64,000 nucleotides of DNA, taken from positions 8,225 to 72,224 of the forward strand of contig CAZUHH010000007.1 of NCBI GenBank assembly GCA_964620755.1, in the 5' to 3' direction. Below the pieces are notes generated by a model. That model saw only the letters and a program-made list of their open reading frames with translations, was not told the origin of the DNA and made no database searches. Below, piece by piece: positions 1 to 9,663 of the stretch. The translations under genes and the position numbers were made by a program. The DNA comes from an uncultured Bacteroides sp. (GTDB lineage Bacteria; Bacteroidota; Bacteroidia; G022818785). Numbering within the stretch: position 1 is the first letter of the stretch; every line of letters begins with the position of its first letter.

Positions 1-484
1 TTAAAAATCAAATATGTATAAATAATATTCAATTATTAAATGTTAAAATTATATCTTTATACGAATATAATGATGCAAATAATATAAGAATTCAAATAAA
101 TTTATCAAATAATTACAATATATGTCTTTATAAGAAAGTAAATTTTACCAATTATAAAACCAATAATTATATAATATATTTTAATAAATTTCAAGTTATT
201 AATTATAACATGTTTTATTGTAAATATTTATTTAATGCAATTTTTTATTGTGAAAATAGTACATTGTATTTAAAAAATAAAATATATTTTTTCAAAAAAA
301 AATCATTATTTATTAATGGTAATATTAAAATATGTAATTATAAATTACAATATTTTGTAATATCAATATACAAAAAATTGCAAAGCTGTAATATATCAAT
401 TAGTACTTCTTTTTATGGAAATAAAAAATTCTTTATCATAAATATATATATAGATAAACAAATATTTAAATTTCTAAATTAATA

Positions 485-1825
485 CTAACAAATTAGTTTA
501 TTAATCTTTACTATATATTTATTAAAATTAAATTTTTTAATAATTGAATTCATATTATCCATAATAATATCATTTTTCAAATTACCAATACTACCTATAT
601 GAGAATAATTAAATTTATGTTTTAAAGAAAATTTTTTATTGTTTTCTATATCTTGTCCAACTTTTTGATAAGCATCTCTAAAAGTCATACCTTGAATTAA
701 ATATTGATGTATAATATCGACACTAAAAATATATTTATATATTTTATTAGATAATATATTATCATTAACTTCTATATGACTTAACATATATATAGACATC
801 TTGATACAATCATTTAATGAATCAATTGCATTAAAAATAATGTCTTTAGTATTCTGAAAATCTCTATGATAACCACTAGGCATATTATTACATAATAAAA
901 TTAAACTATTTGGTATAGATTGTATAACATTGCATTTTGCTCGTATTAATTCAAATACGTCAGGATTTTTTTTATGAGGCATGATACTAGATCCTGTAGT
1001 TAAATTATTTGGGAATTTTATAAAATTAAAATTTTCTCCCATATATAAACATATATCATAAGACATTTTAGAAATTGTACTTGCTATTGAACTAATAGCC
1101 ATAGATAATATTTTTTCAGTTTTTCCTCTTGTGGATTGTGCGTATAATGAATTAATGTTTAAACTATCAAAACCTAATAAATTAGTTGTAATATTTCTAT
1201 CTATTGGAAATGAAGAGCCAAATCCAGCAGCTGACCCTAAAGGATTTTTATTTACAATTTTATATGCAGATAGCATTATTTCTAAATCATCTACTAAACT
1301 TTCAGCATACGATGCAAATAGAAGTCCAAATGAAGAAGGCATAGCTACTTGCATATGTGTATATCCTGGAATAAGTATTTTTTTATAAGATTCACTAAGA
1401 TATATTAACTTAAGAAATAAATTGTATACATTATATGTAATAAAGTATATTTTATCTCTTAAATATAATTTAATATCTGTAATAATTTGATCATTTCTAG
1501 ATCTTCCAGTATGAATTTTTTTTGCATTTACTCCAATTATATTTAATAATGTAACCTCTACTTGAGAATGAATATCTTCTATATTATTATCTATTTTAAA
1601 ATTATTATTTTTTATTTGATAATAAATAATTTTTAGCCCTTTAATAATAAATTTATAATCTTTATAGTTAATAATTTTAGTATTATTTAACATAGTAACA
1701 TGTGCAATAGATCCTATAATATCAAAAATTGCTATTTTTATATCTATTTTATTATCATTGCCTATTGTGAACGCTTCTACATATTTATCCAATAGGTTAT
1801 TATTTTTTTGCCATATTTTTTTCAT
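485..1825 (-). CDS. argH: argininosuccinate lyase
   Basis: 446 aa; fumarate-lyase superfamily motifs TGRSRNDQ, GYTHMQVAMP and the GSSxMPxKxN signature (SSIMPHKKNPD); length and N-terminus typical of ArgH. Confidence 0.9.
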   Translation of the reverse strand: MKKIWQKNNNLLDKYVEAFTIGNDNKIDIKIAIFDIIGSIAHVTMLNNTKIINYKDYKFIIKGLKIIYYQIKNNNFKIDNNIEDIHSQVEVTLLNIIGVNAKKIHTGRSRNDQIITDIKLYLRDKIYFITYNVYNLFLKLIYLSESYKKILIPGYTHMQVAMPSSFGLLFASYAESLVDDLEIMLSAYKIVNKNPLGSAAGFGSSFPIDRNITTNLLGFDSLNINSLYAQSTRGKTEKILSMAISSIASTISKMSYDICLYMGENFNFIKFPNNLTTGSSIMPHKKNPDVFELIRAKCNVIQSIPNSLILLCNNMPSGYHRDFQNTKDIIFNAIDSLNDCIKMSIYMLSHIEVNDNILSNKIYKYIFSVDIIHQYLIQGMTFRDAYQKVGQDIENNKKFSLKHKFNYSHIGSIGNLKNDIIMDNMNSIIKKFNFNKYIVKINKLIC

Positions 1826-1837
1826 TATATTGATAAT

Positions 1838-2863
1838 TTATTTCATTAAAAATGATGATTTATAACTAGCAAATTCTATTTTTTTATCTTTAAAAGTTTT
1901 ATAAATTTCAATATTGATGTTACTTATAGTATTCATATAATGATTATAATTAGAATATTTAATAAAAAATACTACATCAAATTTTAATCCTATTTCATCA
2001 TATGCTATTAAACATACACGTTCAAAAATAACATCTTTATAATTATTAATAATTTCTTCAATTGTATTAAAAACCAAATTAATTTTATATTTTGTAATAT
2101 TATAATCTAACCAAAACAATGTATTAGCTCTTCTTTTTTTAATGTTTTTATAATTACTAATAATAGAATTAGTCAAGTCAGTATTTGAAATAATAATATT
2201 TTCTCCATTTATACTATTAATTCTAGTTGATTTAATACCTATATTTGCAATATGTCCTTTTTTGTTATTTACTATAATAAAGTCTCCTATTTCAAATGGT
2301 CTATCAAAAAATATAACAAAATAATTAAATAAATCTCCTAGAATTTTTTGAGCTGCTAATGCTACTGCTATACCTCCAATACCTAAACCTGTTAATATAG
2401 TTGTTACATTATAACCTATATTATTAAACATGAATATTACTGAGAAAGACCAAATAATACTAGATCCTATAATAATCATTCCTTTTATTTGCTTATGTTT
2501 TTCCAAATAATCAGATGATTTTCGTTTTAAATAACTGTTAATCATATATTCAAAAGAAGATATTATTAAACAAGTTACAAAGTAAATTTTTAAAATAATT
2601 GATATCAAATTGATTATTTTCAATATATAAATATTAATATTTATATATGAAATAGTATAATTTATAAGAAAAATAATTAAAAGAGGAATTAAAATATTGT
2701 TCACAGATGTTAAAAAAAATTCTGATAAACTACTATCATATTGATTAATTATCTTTTCAACTTTTTTTACTAGTAAAATTCTAGTAATATAAATTAATCC
2801 TAATCCGATTGTTATTATAACAATAAAAATTAAACAATTTTGTAATACATTTATTATACTCAT
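1838..2863 (-). CDS. mechanosensitive ion channel, MscS family
   Basis: 341 aa; several N-terminal TM helices followed by the conserved MscS pore/beta-domain stretch GLGIGGIAVALAAQKILGDLF...FDRPFEIGDFI. Confidence 0.8.
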   Translation of the reverse strand: MSIINVLQNCLIFIVIITIGLGLIYITRILLVKKVEKIINQYDSSLSEFFLTSVNNILIPLLIIFLINYTISYININIYILKIINLISIILKIYFVTCLIISSFEYMINSYLKRKSSDYLEKHKQIKGMIIIGSSIIWSFSVIFMFNNIGYNVTTILTGLGIGGIAVALAAQKILGDLFNYFVIFFDRPFEIGDFIIVNNKKGHIANIGIKSTRINSINGENIIISNTDLTNSIISNYKNIKKRRANTLFWLDYNITKYKINLVFNTIEEIINNYKDVIFERVCLIAYDEIGLKFDVVFFIKYSNYNHYMNTISNINIEIYKTFKDKKIEFASYKSSFLMK

Positions 2864-2928
2864 TTTTTATATCTTTTATAATGATAAATTTTTCAAATAT
2901 TATATATATTAAATATAATTGTTTTATA

Positions 2929-3813
2929 TTAATTTATATATTTAGATTTTTTAACAAATGGATGAATAAATATAGCTAGAATAATTAATATAGATCCTAA
3001 ATAAAAACCTAATGTCATTTGTTCTTGGCTACCTAAAATTAATAAAGCTATTAAAATACTATATATGGGTTCTAAACTTGATAAAAGCATAATAGTATAT
3101 GGAGATAATTCATGCATAACATGAATACTAATTATTTGCGGCAATGCAGTAAAAATAATTGATAATATCAATATATATATTATATCTATTAATGAATAAG
3201 ATAAAATAAATAAACTATTTGTAATGTTGAGATAAATAATTATAGCAGTTAAACCAATAGCACCTCCTAACATTTCATAAAAACAAATTACAGAAGCAGA
3301 ATTATTTTTTATTTGATAAATATTTAATATTGTAAATATACTTGCTAATAAAGCTGCAAAAATACCTATTATTATACTTAAATAGTATTTACATTCAAAG
3401 TGAAATATTATTGACATGCCAATAATAATTATTATACCAATAATGATATCAATTCTTGATAGTTTATTATAACACATAATAGGTTCTAGCAAAGCAGTAA
3501 ATAAAGTCTGAGCAGATAAGCATACGACAGCTAACCCTACTGTTGATGTTTTAATGGCATAATAAAAACATAGCCAGTGAATTCCTAATATTAGACCTAT
3601 AAATAATAAATATATTATCTGTTTAAGAGGTAAAAATAAGGATTTATTACGGATATAAATAAATATCCAAACAAAAATTGCAGATATTACAACTCTAAAC
3701 CAAACTAGAGGTAAAGCAGAAATGCTAATAAGATCTCCAAAAACTCCAGTAAATCCCCATATAAAAACAGTGATATGCATTTTTAATAAATTGCTAATAA
3801 CAGGTAATCGCAT
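2929..3813 (-). CDS. EamA/DMT-family (RarD-like) permease
   Basis: 294 aa, about 10 predicted TM helices, two repeated EamA-like halves; no stronger motif. Confidence 0.55.
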   Translation of the reverse strand: MRLPVISNLLKMHITVFIWGFTGVFGDLISISALPLVWFRVVISAIFVWIFIYIRNKSLFLPLKQIIYLLFIGLILGIHWLCFYYAIKTSTVGLAVVCLSAQTLFTALLEPIMCYNKLSRIDIIIGIIIIIGMSIIFHFECKYYLSIIIGIFAALLASIFTILNIYQIKNNSASVICFYEMLGGAIGLTAIIIYLNITNSLFILSYSLIDIIYILILSIIFTALPQIISIHVMHELSPYTIMLLSSLEPIYSILIALLILGSQEQMTLGFYLGSILIILAIFIHPFVKKSKYIN

Positions 3814-3934
3814 ATAAGAAATGTTAAAATATTAAGTATAGTAAAATATCTATAATATAATGCAAATTATTTTATTTAATAAAGATAAATAAATTTGTAA
3901 TTTATTCATTTTCAAATTATCATTTTAATAAAGT

Positions 3935-4597
3935 TTAAAAATGTATTAATTTAGCATTTTTAATATGAAATATATTATCTGCAAATTTATTTAATTTGTT
4001 ATTATGAGTACTTATAATAAATGTTTGTCCAAATTTATGTTTTAACATTAAAAATATTTCATATATCATTTCTTCATTATATGTATCTAAATTTCCAGAA
4101 GGTTCATCAGCAATTATTATTGATGGATTATTAATTATAGATCGAGCAATAGCTATTCTCTGATTTTCTCCTCCAGATAATTGATACGGCTTATAATGCG
4201 CTTTCATTTCTAAATTCAAAATTTTTAGTAATTCATATCCTTTTTTAAAAGCTATTTCATACTTTATCCCATATATTAAAGCTGGTATACAAATATTTTC
4301 TATAGCAGAAAATTCATTTAATAAATTATGAAATTGAAATATAAATCCTATTTCTTTATTTCTGATAAAACTTAAATAATCATATGATATATTATATACA
4401 TCAATATTATTAATTATTAATTTTCCATTATCTGGATAATGAATTGTTCCTAATATATTTAATAAAGTACTTTTACCAGATCCAGAAATCCCAGTTATTA
4501 AAACTATATCTGATTTAATAATGTTTATATTGATGTTATCTAATATGATATTACCATCATAAGATTTACTAATATTAGTAGCAGATAGTATATACAT
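3935..4597 (-). CDS. ABC transporter ATP-binding protein (LolD/FtsE/CcmA-like)
   Basis: 220 aa; Walker A GISGSGKST, ABC signature LSGGENQRIAIARS, Walker B IIADEPSGNLD. Confidence 0.85.
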   Translation of the reverse strand: MYILSATNISKSYDGNIILDNININIIKSDIVLITGISGSGKSTLLNILGTIHYPDNGKLIINNIDVYNISYDYLSFIRNKEIGFIFQFHNLLNEFSAIENICIPALIYGIKYEIAFKKGYELLKILNLEMKAHYKPYQLSGGENQRIAIARSIINNPSIIIADEPSGNLDTYNEEMIYEIFLMLKHKFGQTFIISTHNNKLNKFADNIFHIKNAKLIHF

Positions 4598-4684
4598 AAT
4601 ATTATTATATGGTGCTTATATATACAAAAAATTATATATTTATATTATAAAGTTAAATATTATTAATAGTTTAATATTAATGAA

Positions 4685-5329
4685 ATGAAGTATTTGTTTT
4701 TTTTGCTAAAAATTGAATTTTTAGCAAAATACAGAAGTTATGATTATTTAAAAAATATGTTTTTATATGTTTTAATTTTAATTCTAATATTTTATAATAT
4801 TATGGATGATATAAATCATAGCATTTTGCAATATTTTTCACTATTTTTAATATCAATTATTGGCATTAATTTAATTGAATATAATTCTAATAAATCATTT
4901 GATAATAAATTTTATTTATATACTATTACACATCCATATCATATACTCTTATCAAAAATCATTTTTAATATCATTAATATATCTTTTTTATTTATTATTA
5001 ATTTTAGTATTTTGAATACGTTTTTAAATACAAAAATTTATAGTATTAAATTATATATTTTATTAATGCTTATTGTAATTGTTAATATATCTTCTGTTTT
5101 TACATTAACCTCAGAAATTGCAAATAAATTGAATAAAAACATTTTATTGACTTCTTTACTTGGATTACCAATTTCAATTCCTATTTTAACAATAGTAGCA
5201 AATATTATTTATAATTTGACAGAATATAATACATATATAAATAATACAATAATTATAATTTTATTATTATTGAATATTGTTATTATTATTATATCGTTAT
5301 TGTTATTTCCATATATTTATAAAGATTAA
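4685..5329 (+). CDS. CcmB-like ABC permease / heme exporter B-like membrane protein
   Basis: 214 aa, 6 predicted TM helices; the C-terminal stretch SLLGLPISIPILTIVANI resembles the CcmB LPLxIPxL region; immediately upstream of a CcmC-like gene. Confidence 0.45.
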   Translation: MKYLFFLLKIEFLAKYRSYDYLKNMFLYVLILILIFYNIMDDINHSILQYFSLFLISIIGINLIEYNSNKSFDNKFYLYTITHPYHILLSKIIFNIINISFLFIINFSILNTFLNTKIYSIKLYILLMLIVIVNISSVFTLTSEIANKLNKNILLTSLLGLPISIPILTIVANIIYNLTEYNTYINNTIIIILLLLNIVIIIISLLLFPYIYKD

Positions 5330-5342
5330 AAAATATATTAAA

Positions 5343-5993
5343 ATGAATAAATATTTTAAATTTTTAGGAATTATATTGATTATATATTCTATAATATCAG
5401 GATTATTATTTAATGTTCCAAATATACCTATTTTGAGAGAAACTATTAGAAATCTGTATTTTCATGTACCAATGTGGTTTGTTGCAGGAACTATGCTTAG
5501 TTATTCTTTTTACTGTAGTATTAATTATTTATTTTATAATAAATTTATATGGGATTATAAAGCGGTAGCTAGTGTTAAGATAGGTTTATTATTTATATTT
5601 ATAGGATTATTAAGTGGTTCTATATGGGCAAAATTCACATGGGGGTCATATTGGTCAAAAGATCCAATTCAAATTGGTGCTTATATTACAATGCTAATGT
5701 ATAGCTCATATATTATATTAAGAAACTCTATTAATAATAATAATGATAAAGCTAATATAGCTTCTATATATAATATATTTATTTATCCTATAATGATATT
5801 ATTAATTTTAATATTGCCAAAAACAATGGATTCACTACATCCCAGTAGTGGTAATAATCCTAGTTTTCAAATATATGATGTTGATCACAATATGAAATTT
5901 ATATTATATTCCTCAATATTGGGATGGATAATAATAGGTATATGGATTATGATCATTGAAATTAAACTAATAAAGCTATGGAACGGAAAATAA
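5343..5993 (+). CDS. ccmC: CcmC-like heme exporter / cytochrome c assembly protein
   Basis: Trp-rich WWD-type motif WGSYWSKDP flanked by conserved His residues (YFHVPMW and SLHPSSG); about 217 aa from the internal ATG at 5343, while the track ORF starts at 5277 overlapping the upstream gene. Confidence 0.65.
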   Translation: MNKYFKFLGIILIIYSIISGLLFNVPNIPILRETIRNLYFHVPMWFVAGTMLSYSFYCSINYLFYNKFIWDYKAVASVKIGLLFIFIGLLSGSIWAKFTWGSYWSKDPIQIGAYITMLMYSSYIILRNSINNNNDKANIASIYNIFIYPIMILLILILPKTMDSLHPSSGNNPSFQIYDVDHNMKFILYSSILGWIIIGIWIMIIEIKLIKLWNGK

Positions 5994-6142
5994 ATAATAT
6001 TTTATATCAAGATAACAAAATATACGTTGTAGTAATTGTATTGTTAATGATTTTTATTGCAATAATATTTTACTTATGGCGAATTGATAATAAAATTTCT
6101 AAACTTGAAAAAAGAAATCAAAAAAAATATATAATAAAATAG
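5978..6142 (+). CDS. small single-TM protein, CcmD-like (absent from the ORF track, below its size cut-off)
   Basis: Manual translation gives MERKINNILYQDNKIYVVVIVLLMIFIAIIFYLWRIDNKISKLEKRNQKKYIIK (54 aa): one hydrophobic helix then a basic tail, as in CcmD; overlaps the ccmC-like stop by 16 nt and ends 5 nt before gdhA. Confidence 0.35.
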   Translation: MERKINNILYQDNKIYVVVIVLLMIFIAIIFYLWRIDNKISKLEKRNQKKYIIK

Positions 6143-6147
6143 AAATT

Positions 6148-7584
6148 ATGAATAATAGTAAAAATAGTATTCAAAAAAGGAATTTGTTTGAAGATGTAGC
6201 ATTTTTTTTCGATAAAGCATCTCAACATACAAAATATAGCAAGGATTTATTGAATTTAATAAAACAGTGTAAAACTGTTGGTAGATTTAATTTTCCAATT
6301 AGACGTACTAATGGAACTTTAGATATGATTAGTTCATGGAGAATAGAACATTCTTATCATATGCAACCTACTAAAGGTGGCATCAGATACAGTGAACATG
6401 TAAATGAAAATGAAATAATGGCATTAGCTGCATTAATGACATATAAGAATGCTATTGTTAAAGTTCCTTTTGGTGGAGCTAAAGGAGGTATTAAAATTAA
6501 TATTAATAACTATGATGTTAATGAATTAGAAAATATAACAAGAAGATATACATCTGAATTAATTAAAAAAAACTTTATTGGCGCAGGTATAGATGTTCCT
6601 GCAACAGACTACGGATCTAGCGAAAGAGAAATATCATGGATTGTAGATACTTACAGAACTTTTTATCCTACTGATATTAATTACTATGCATGTGTAACTG
6701 GCAAACCTTTAAGTGAACATGGTATTAAAGGTAGACAAGAAGCGACTGGAAAGGGAGTTTTTTTTGCTACTAGAGAGTGTGTAGATATATCAGAAAATAT
6801 GAAAAAATTAGGAATAACTAAAGGTTTAGCTAATAAAAGGGTTATAGTACAAGGTTTAGGAAATGTTGGATACAATGCTGCAAAATTTTTGCAAGAAGAT
6901 GGAGATGCTATAATTGTAGGACTATTAGAATATGAAGGTGCTATATATGATAAAAATGGTTTAGATGTTAATGATGTTATGCAGCATAGAAATAACACTG
7001 GATCTATACTTAATTACAGAAATACAAAAAATTTTATTAATAGTATAGAGTGCTTACAACAAGATTGTGATATATTGATTCCTGCAGCATTAGAAAATCA
7101 AATTAATGAAAGTAATGTTGCTAATATTAAGGCAAAAATAATAGTAGAAGCTGCTAACGGTCCTATCACTCCAGAAGCAGAACAATATTTGATAGAAAAT
7201 AATTGTATAATAGTTCCAGATATATATGCTAATGCGGGAGGAGTAACTGTTTCATATTTTGAATGGTTGAAAAATTTATCTCATGTAGCTTTTGGAAGAA
7301 TTCATCGTAAATATGAACAACATATGGGACATGAATTAATTAAAATTCTTGAAAGACTCACTGGAAAAACATTAACTAAATCAGAAACAAAATTACTTAT
7401 TAAAGGCCCATCAGAATTAGATTTAGTTAACTCTGGATTAGAAGATACTATGATAACAGCATATCATGAAATTAATGATATATGGAATAAAGATAAAACT
7501 ATAAAAGATATGAGAACTGCATCGTATGTATTATCTATTAATATGATTGCTAATACATATATAGAACTTGGTATATGGCCTTAA
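6148..7584 (+). CDS. gdhA: NAD(P)-dependent glutamate dehydrogenase
   Basis: 478 aa; Glu/Leu/Phe/Val dehydrogenase active-site motif KVPFGGAKGGI; C-terminal Rossmann GLGNVG. Confidence 0.9.
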   Translation: MNNSKNSIQKRNLFEDVAFFFDKASQHTKYSKDLLNLIKQCKTVGRFNFPIRRTNGTLDMISSWRIEHSYHMQPTKGGIRYSEHVNENEIMALAALMTYKNAIVKVPFGGAKGGIKININNYDVNELENITRRYTSELIKKNFIGAGIDVPATDYGSSEREISWIVDTYRTFYPTDINYYACVTGKPLSEHGIKGRQEATGKGVFFATRECVDISENMKKLGITKGLANKRVIVQGLGNVGYNAAKFLQEDGDAIIVGLLEYEGAIYDKNGLDVNDVMQHRNNTGSILNYRNTKNFINSIECLQQDCDILIPAALENQINESNVANIKAKIIVEAANGPITPEAEQYLIENNCIIVPDIYANAGGVTVSYFEWLKNLSHVAFGRIHRKYEQHMGHELIKILERLTGKTLTKSETKLLIKGPSELDLVNSGLEDTMITAYHEINDIWNKDKTIKDMRTASYVLSINMIANTYIELGIWP

Positions 7585-8531
7585 AATTTATAATAAAAAT
7601 CAATCTTTTTAAGAAATAAATTAATAATATTTTTAATAGGTGTAAATTTTATATTTATTGCTTTAATAATTTTGTTGTTAGAATAAATAATATTTCTATT
7701 AATAATATTATTTATTGTTTTATAATATATGTTATAATTTAGTAAATTCAATATTTTATTATATAAATAATTATACTTGTTGTTTTTTAATAAAATGTCA
7801 ATAATATAGTTTAATTTTATATTTTCAGCGTTTAATAAAAATTTTTCTCCTGATATTGAACTTTCCATTAATTTAACAGATGCTGTAATGACATCTTGTA
7901 ATCCTATATATCCATTATAACAATCTTTTTTTAATACTAAATTAGTACTATTATTATAAACAGCATACATAATATTTGGGTATTCATTACTGTCAATAAT
8001 ATTTGTTGGATTAATAATAATCGCATTTAATCCTTCTGCAATACCTCTCCATATTTCATTTTCACTTAAATATATACTTTGGCTGTAAATACACATATAA
8101 TCATATACTTTATTTACATTATAATATTCATTAGAATACATTACATTACTTTTGACGATATATCCTAAGCTATATGAAGAACTTATATAAATTAATTTTT
8201 TTATTTTATTATTTAAAGCCGCATTAACAATATTATATGTACTATATATATTGTCATAAAATATTTCATGATATTTTTTACATGTAAATAATGGATATCC
8301 AGAAGAATAATTATGATAAACATAATCTATATCTTTCATGATATTATTTAAAAAATTGACATCAAATATATTACCATATATTAATTCTATATTACATGTT
8401 ATTTTACTTTTTGCTCTATTAAATATTTTTTTTTTATGATAAATAATACGTATTTTATATCCTTTTTTTATTAAAAATAATATCAAATTATGGGAAATAG
8501 CATCATTTTTAGTAATTATTAATACAAACAT
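7581..8531 (-). CDS. NAD-dependent epimerase/dehydratase (extended SDR)-like protein with degenerate cofactor motif
   Basis: 316 aa; collinear with extended SDRs (N-terminal beta-alpha-beta, IYISSSYSLGY block, YSQSI in the YxxxK position), but the TGxxGxxG loop reads ITKNDAISHN and the catalytic Lys is Ile. Confidence 0.5.
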   Translation of the reverse strand: MFVLIITKNDAISHNLILFLIKKGYKIRIIYHKKKIFNRAKSKITCNIELIYGNIFDVNFLNNIMKDIDYVYHNYSSGYPLFTCKKYHEIFYDNIYSTYNIVNAALNNKIKKLIYISSSYSLGYIVKSNVMYSNEYYNVNKVYDYMCIYSQSIYLSENEIWRGIAEGLNAIIINPTNIIDSNEYPNIMYAVYNNSTNLVLKKDCYNGYIGLQDVITASVKLMESSISGEKFLLNAENIKLNYIIDILLKNNKYNYLYNKILNLLNYNIYYKTINNIINRNIIYSNNKIIKAINIKFTPIKNIINLFLKKIDFYYKF

Positions 8532-8545
8532 AAAAATTAATAATA

Positions 8546-9565
8546 TTATATATTAGAATATGAAAGTGCAGAAACATTATCGTTTGATAATTCATTATTT
8601 AAGTATTTATAATAACCTAATATTGCAATCATAGCAGCATTATCAGTACAATATTTTATATCAGGCATTATATATTTCCAATTCATTGCATTTGACAATT
8701 TTATTATTTCTTTTCTTAATGCATTATTAGCAGCAACTCCTCCAACTATTGAAATACATGATATTTGATAATCAGTTGCAGCTTTTATTATTTTTTCTAA
8801 TAAAATATTTATAATATTATATTGAATAGATGCACATAAATCATGTAAATTGTTTTTTATAAAATATTTTTCATTTTCAACTTTTTTTCTAATAAAATAA
8901 ATAACTGAAGTTTTAAATCCACTAAAACTAAAATCATAATTTTTAATATTTGGTTTAGGGAAAAAAAATTTTTTTTTATTACCTTTTTTTGCATATAATT
9001 CTATAATAGCTCCACATGGATATTTAAATCCTAAAACAACACCTATTTTATCCAAAGTTTCACCTACAGCATCATCTATACTGTTTCCTATTTTAATAAT
9101 ATTTAAAAAATCTTTTATAATTAATAATTGAGTATGTCCACCTGATATTATCAAACATATAAATGGATAAGATATTTTATTATTAATATAATTACTCATA
9201 ATATGCCCTGTAATGTGATTACAAGCTATTATTGGGATATTTAAAGCTAAAGCAAAAGATTTAGAAAATGAAACTCCTACTATCAATGAACCTAATAACC
9301 CAGGACGATATGTAAATGATATTGCTGTTAACTGATTTTTACTTATACAAGCTTTTTTTAAACATTCTTTAACAACTGGAATTATATTCCTTTCATGATT
9401 TCTAGACGCTAATTCTGGCACTATACCTCCATAATTTTTATGAATATGTTGCTGAGATACTATATTGCTGATAATTTTTCCGTCTAAACATATTGCAGCT
9501 GAAGTATCATCACATGATGTTTCAATACCTAATATAGCAACAGAATTTAATAATTTATTTTTCAT
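8546..9565 (-). CDS. tsaD: tRNA N6-adenosine threonylcarbamoyltransferase
   Basis: 339 aa; Kae1/Gcp/TsaD N-terminus ILGIETSCDDTSAAI and metal-binding His pair (CNHITGH). Confidence 0.9.
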   Translation of the reverse strand: MKNKLLNSVAILGIETSCDDTSAAICLDGKIISNIVSQQHIHKNYGGIVPELASRNHERNIIPVVKECLKKACISKNQLTAISFTYRPGLLGSLIVGVSFSKSFALALNIPIIACNHITGHIMSNYINNKISYPFICLIISGGHTQLLIIKDFLNIIKIGNSIDDAVGETLDKIGVVLGFKYPCGAIIELYAKKGNKKKFFFPKPNIKNYDFSFSGFKTSVIYFIRKKVENEKYFIKNNLHDLCASIQYNIINILLEKIIKAATDYQISCISIVGGVAANNALRKEIIKLSNAMNWKYIMPDIKYCTDNAAMIAILGYYKYLNNELSNDNVSALSYSNI

Positions 9566-9663
9566 TTACATAGGTTTTTTTAAAATTTATTTTTTTATAA
9601 TAAAAATCATAATTAATATTTTAAATTAATAAATATATTAAATTATCATTTATTAATTTAATT

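Noticed and set aside
210-482. 90-aa ORF in the window-initial AT-rich spacer downstream of argH
   Set aside because: Extremely low-complexity (F/K/N/I/Y) translation with no motif, in a region of about 8% GC. This is typical of random ORFs in AT-rich intergenic DNA. The opposite strand is also non-coding, with stops within 15 codons.
1131-1388. Antisense ORFs within annotated genes (1131..1388, 6684..6998, 14977..15183, 16658..17066, 22523..23074, 24217..24684, 25938..26349, 27252..27506, 33450..33632, 42725..42970, 45240..45443, 49383..50283, 54637..54858, 57196..57447, 58050..58829, 58976..59290, 63295..63498)
   Set aside because: All lie wholly within well-supported genes on the opposite strand, are short, and show no recognisable motifs. 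Stop codons are TA-rich, so their reverse complements are common sense-strand codons (for example TTA Leu, TAA/TTT context). Long antisense frames are therefore expected by chance in AT-rich coding DNA.
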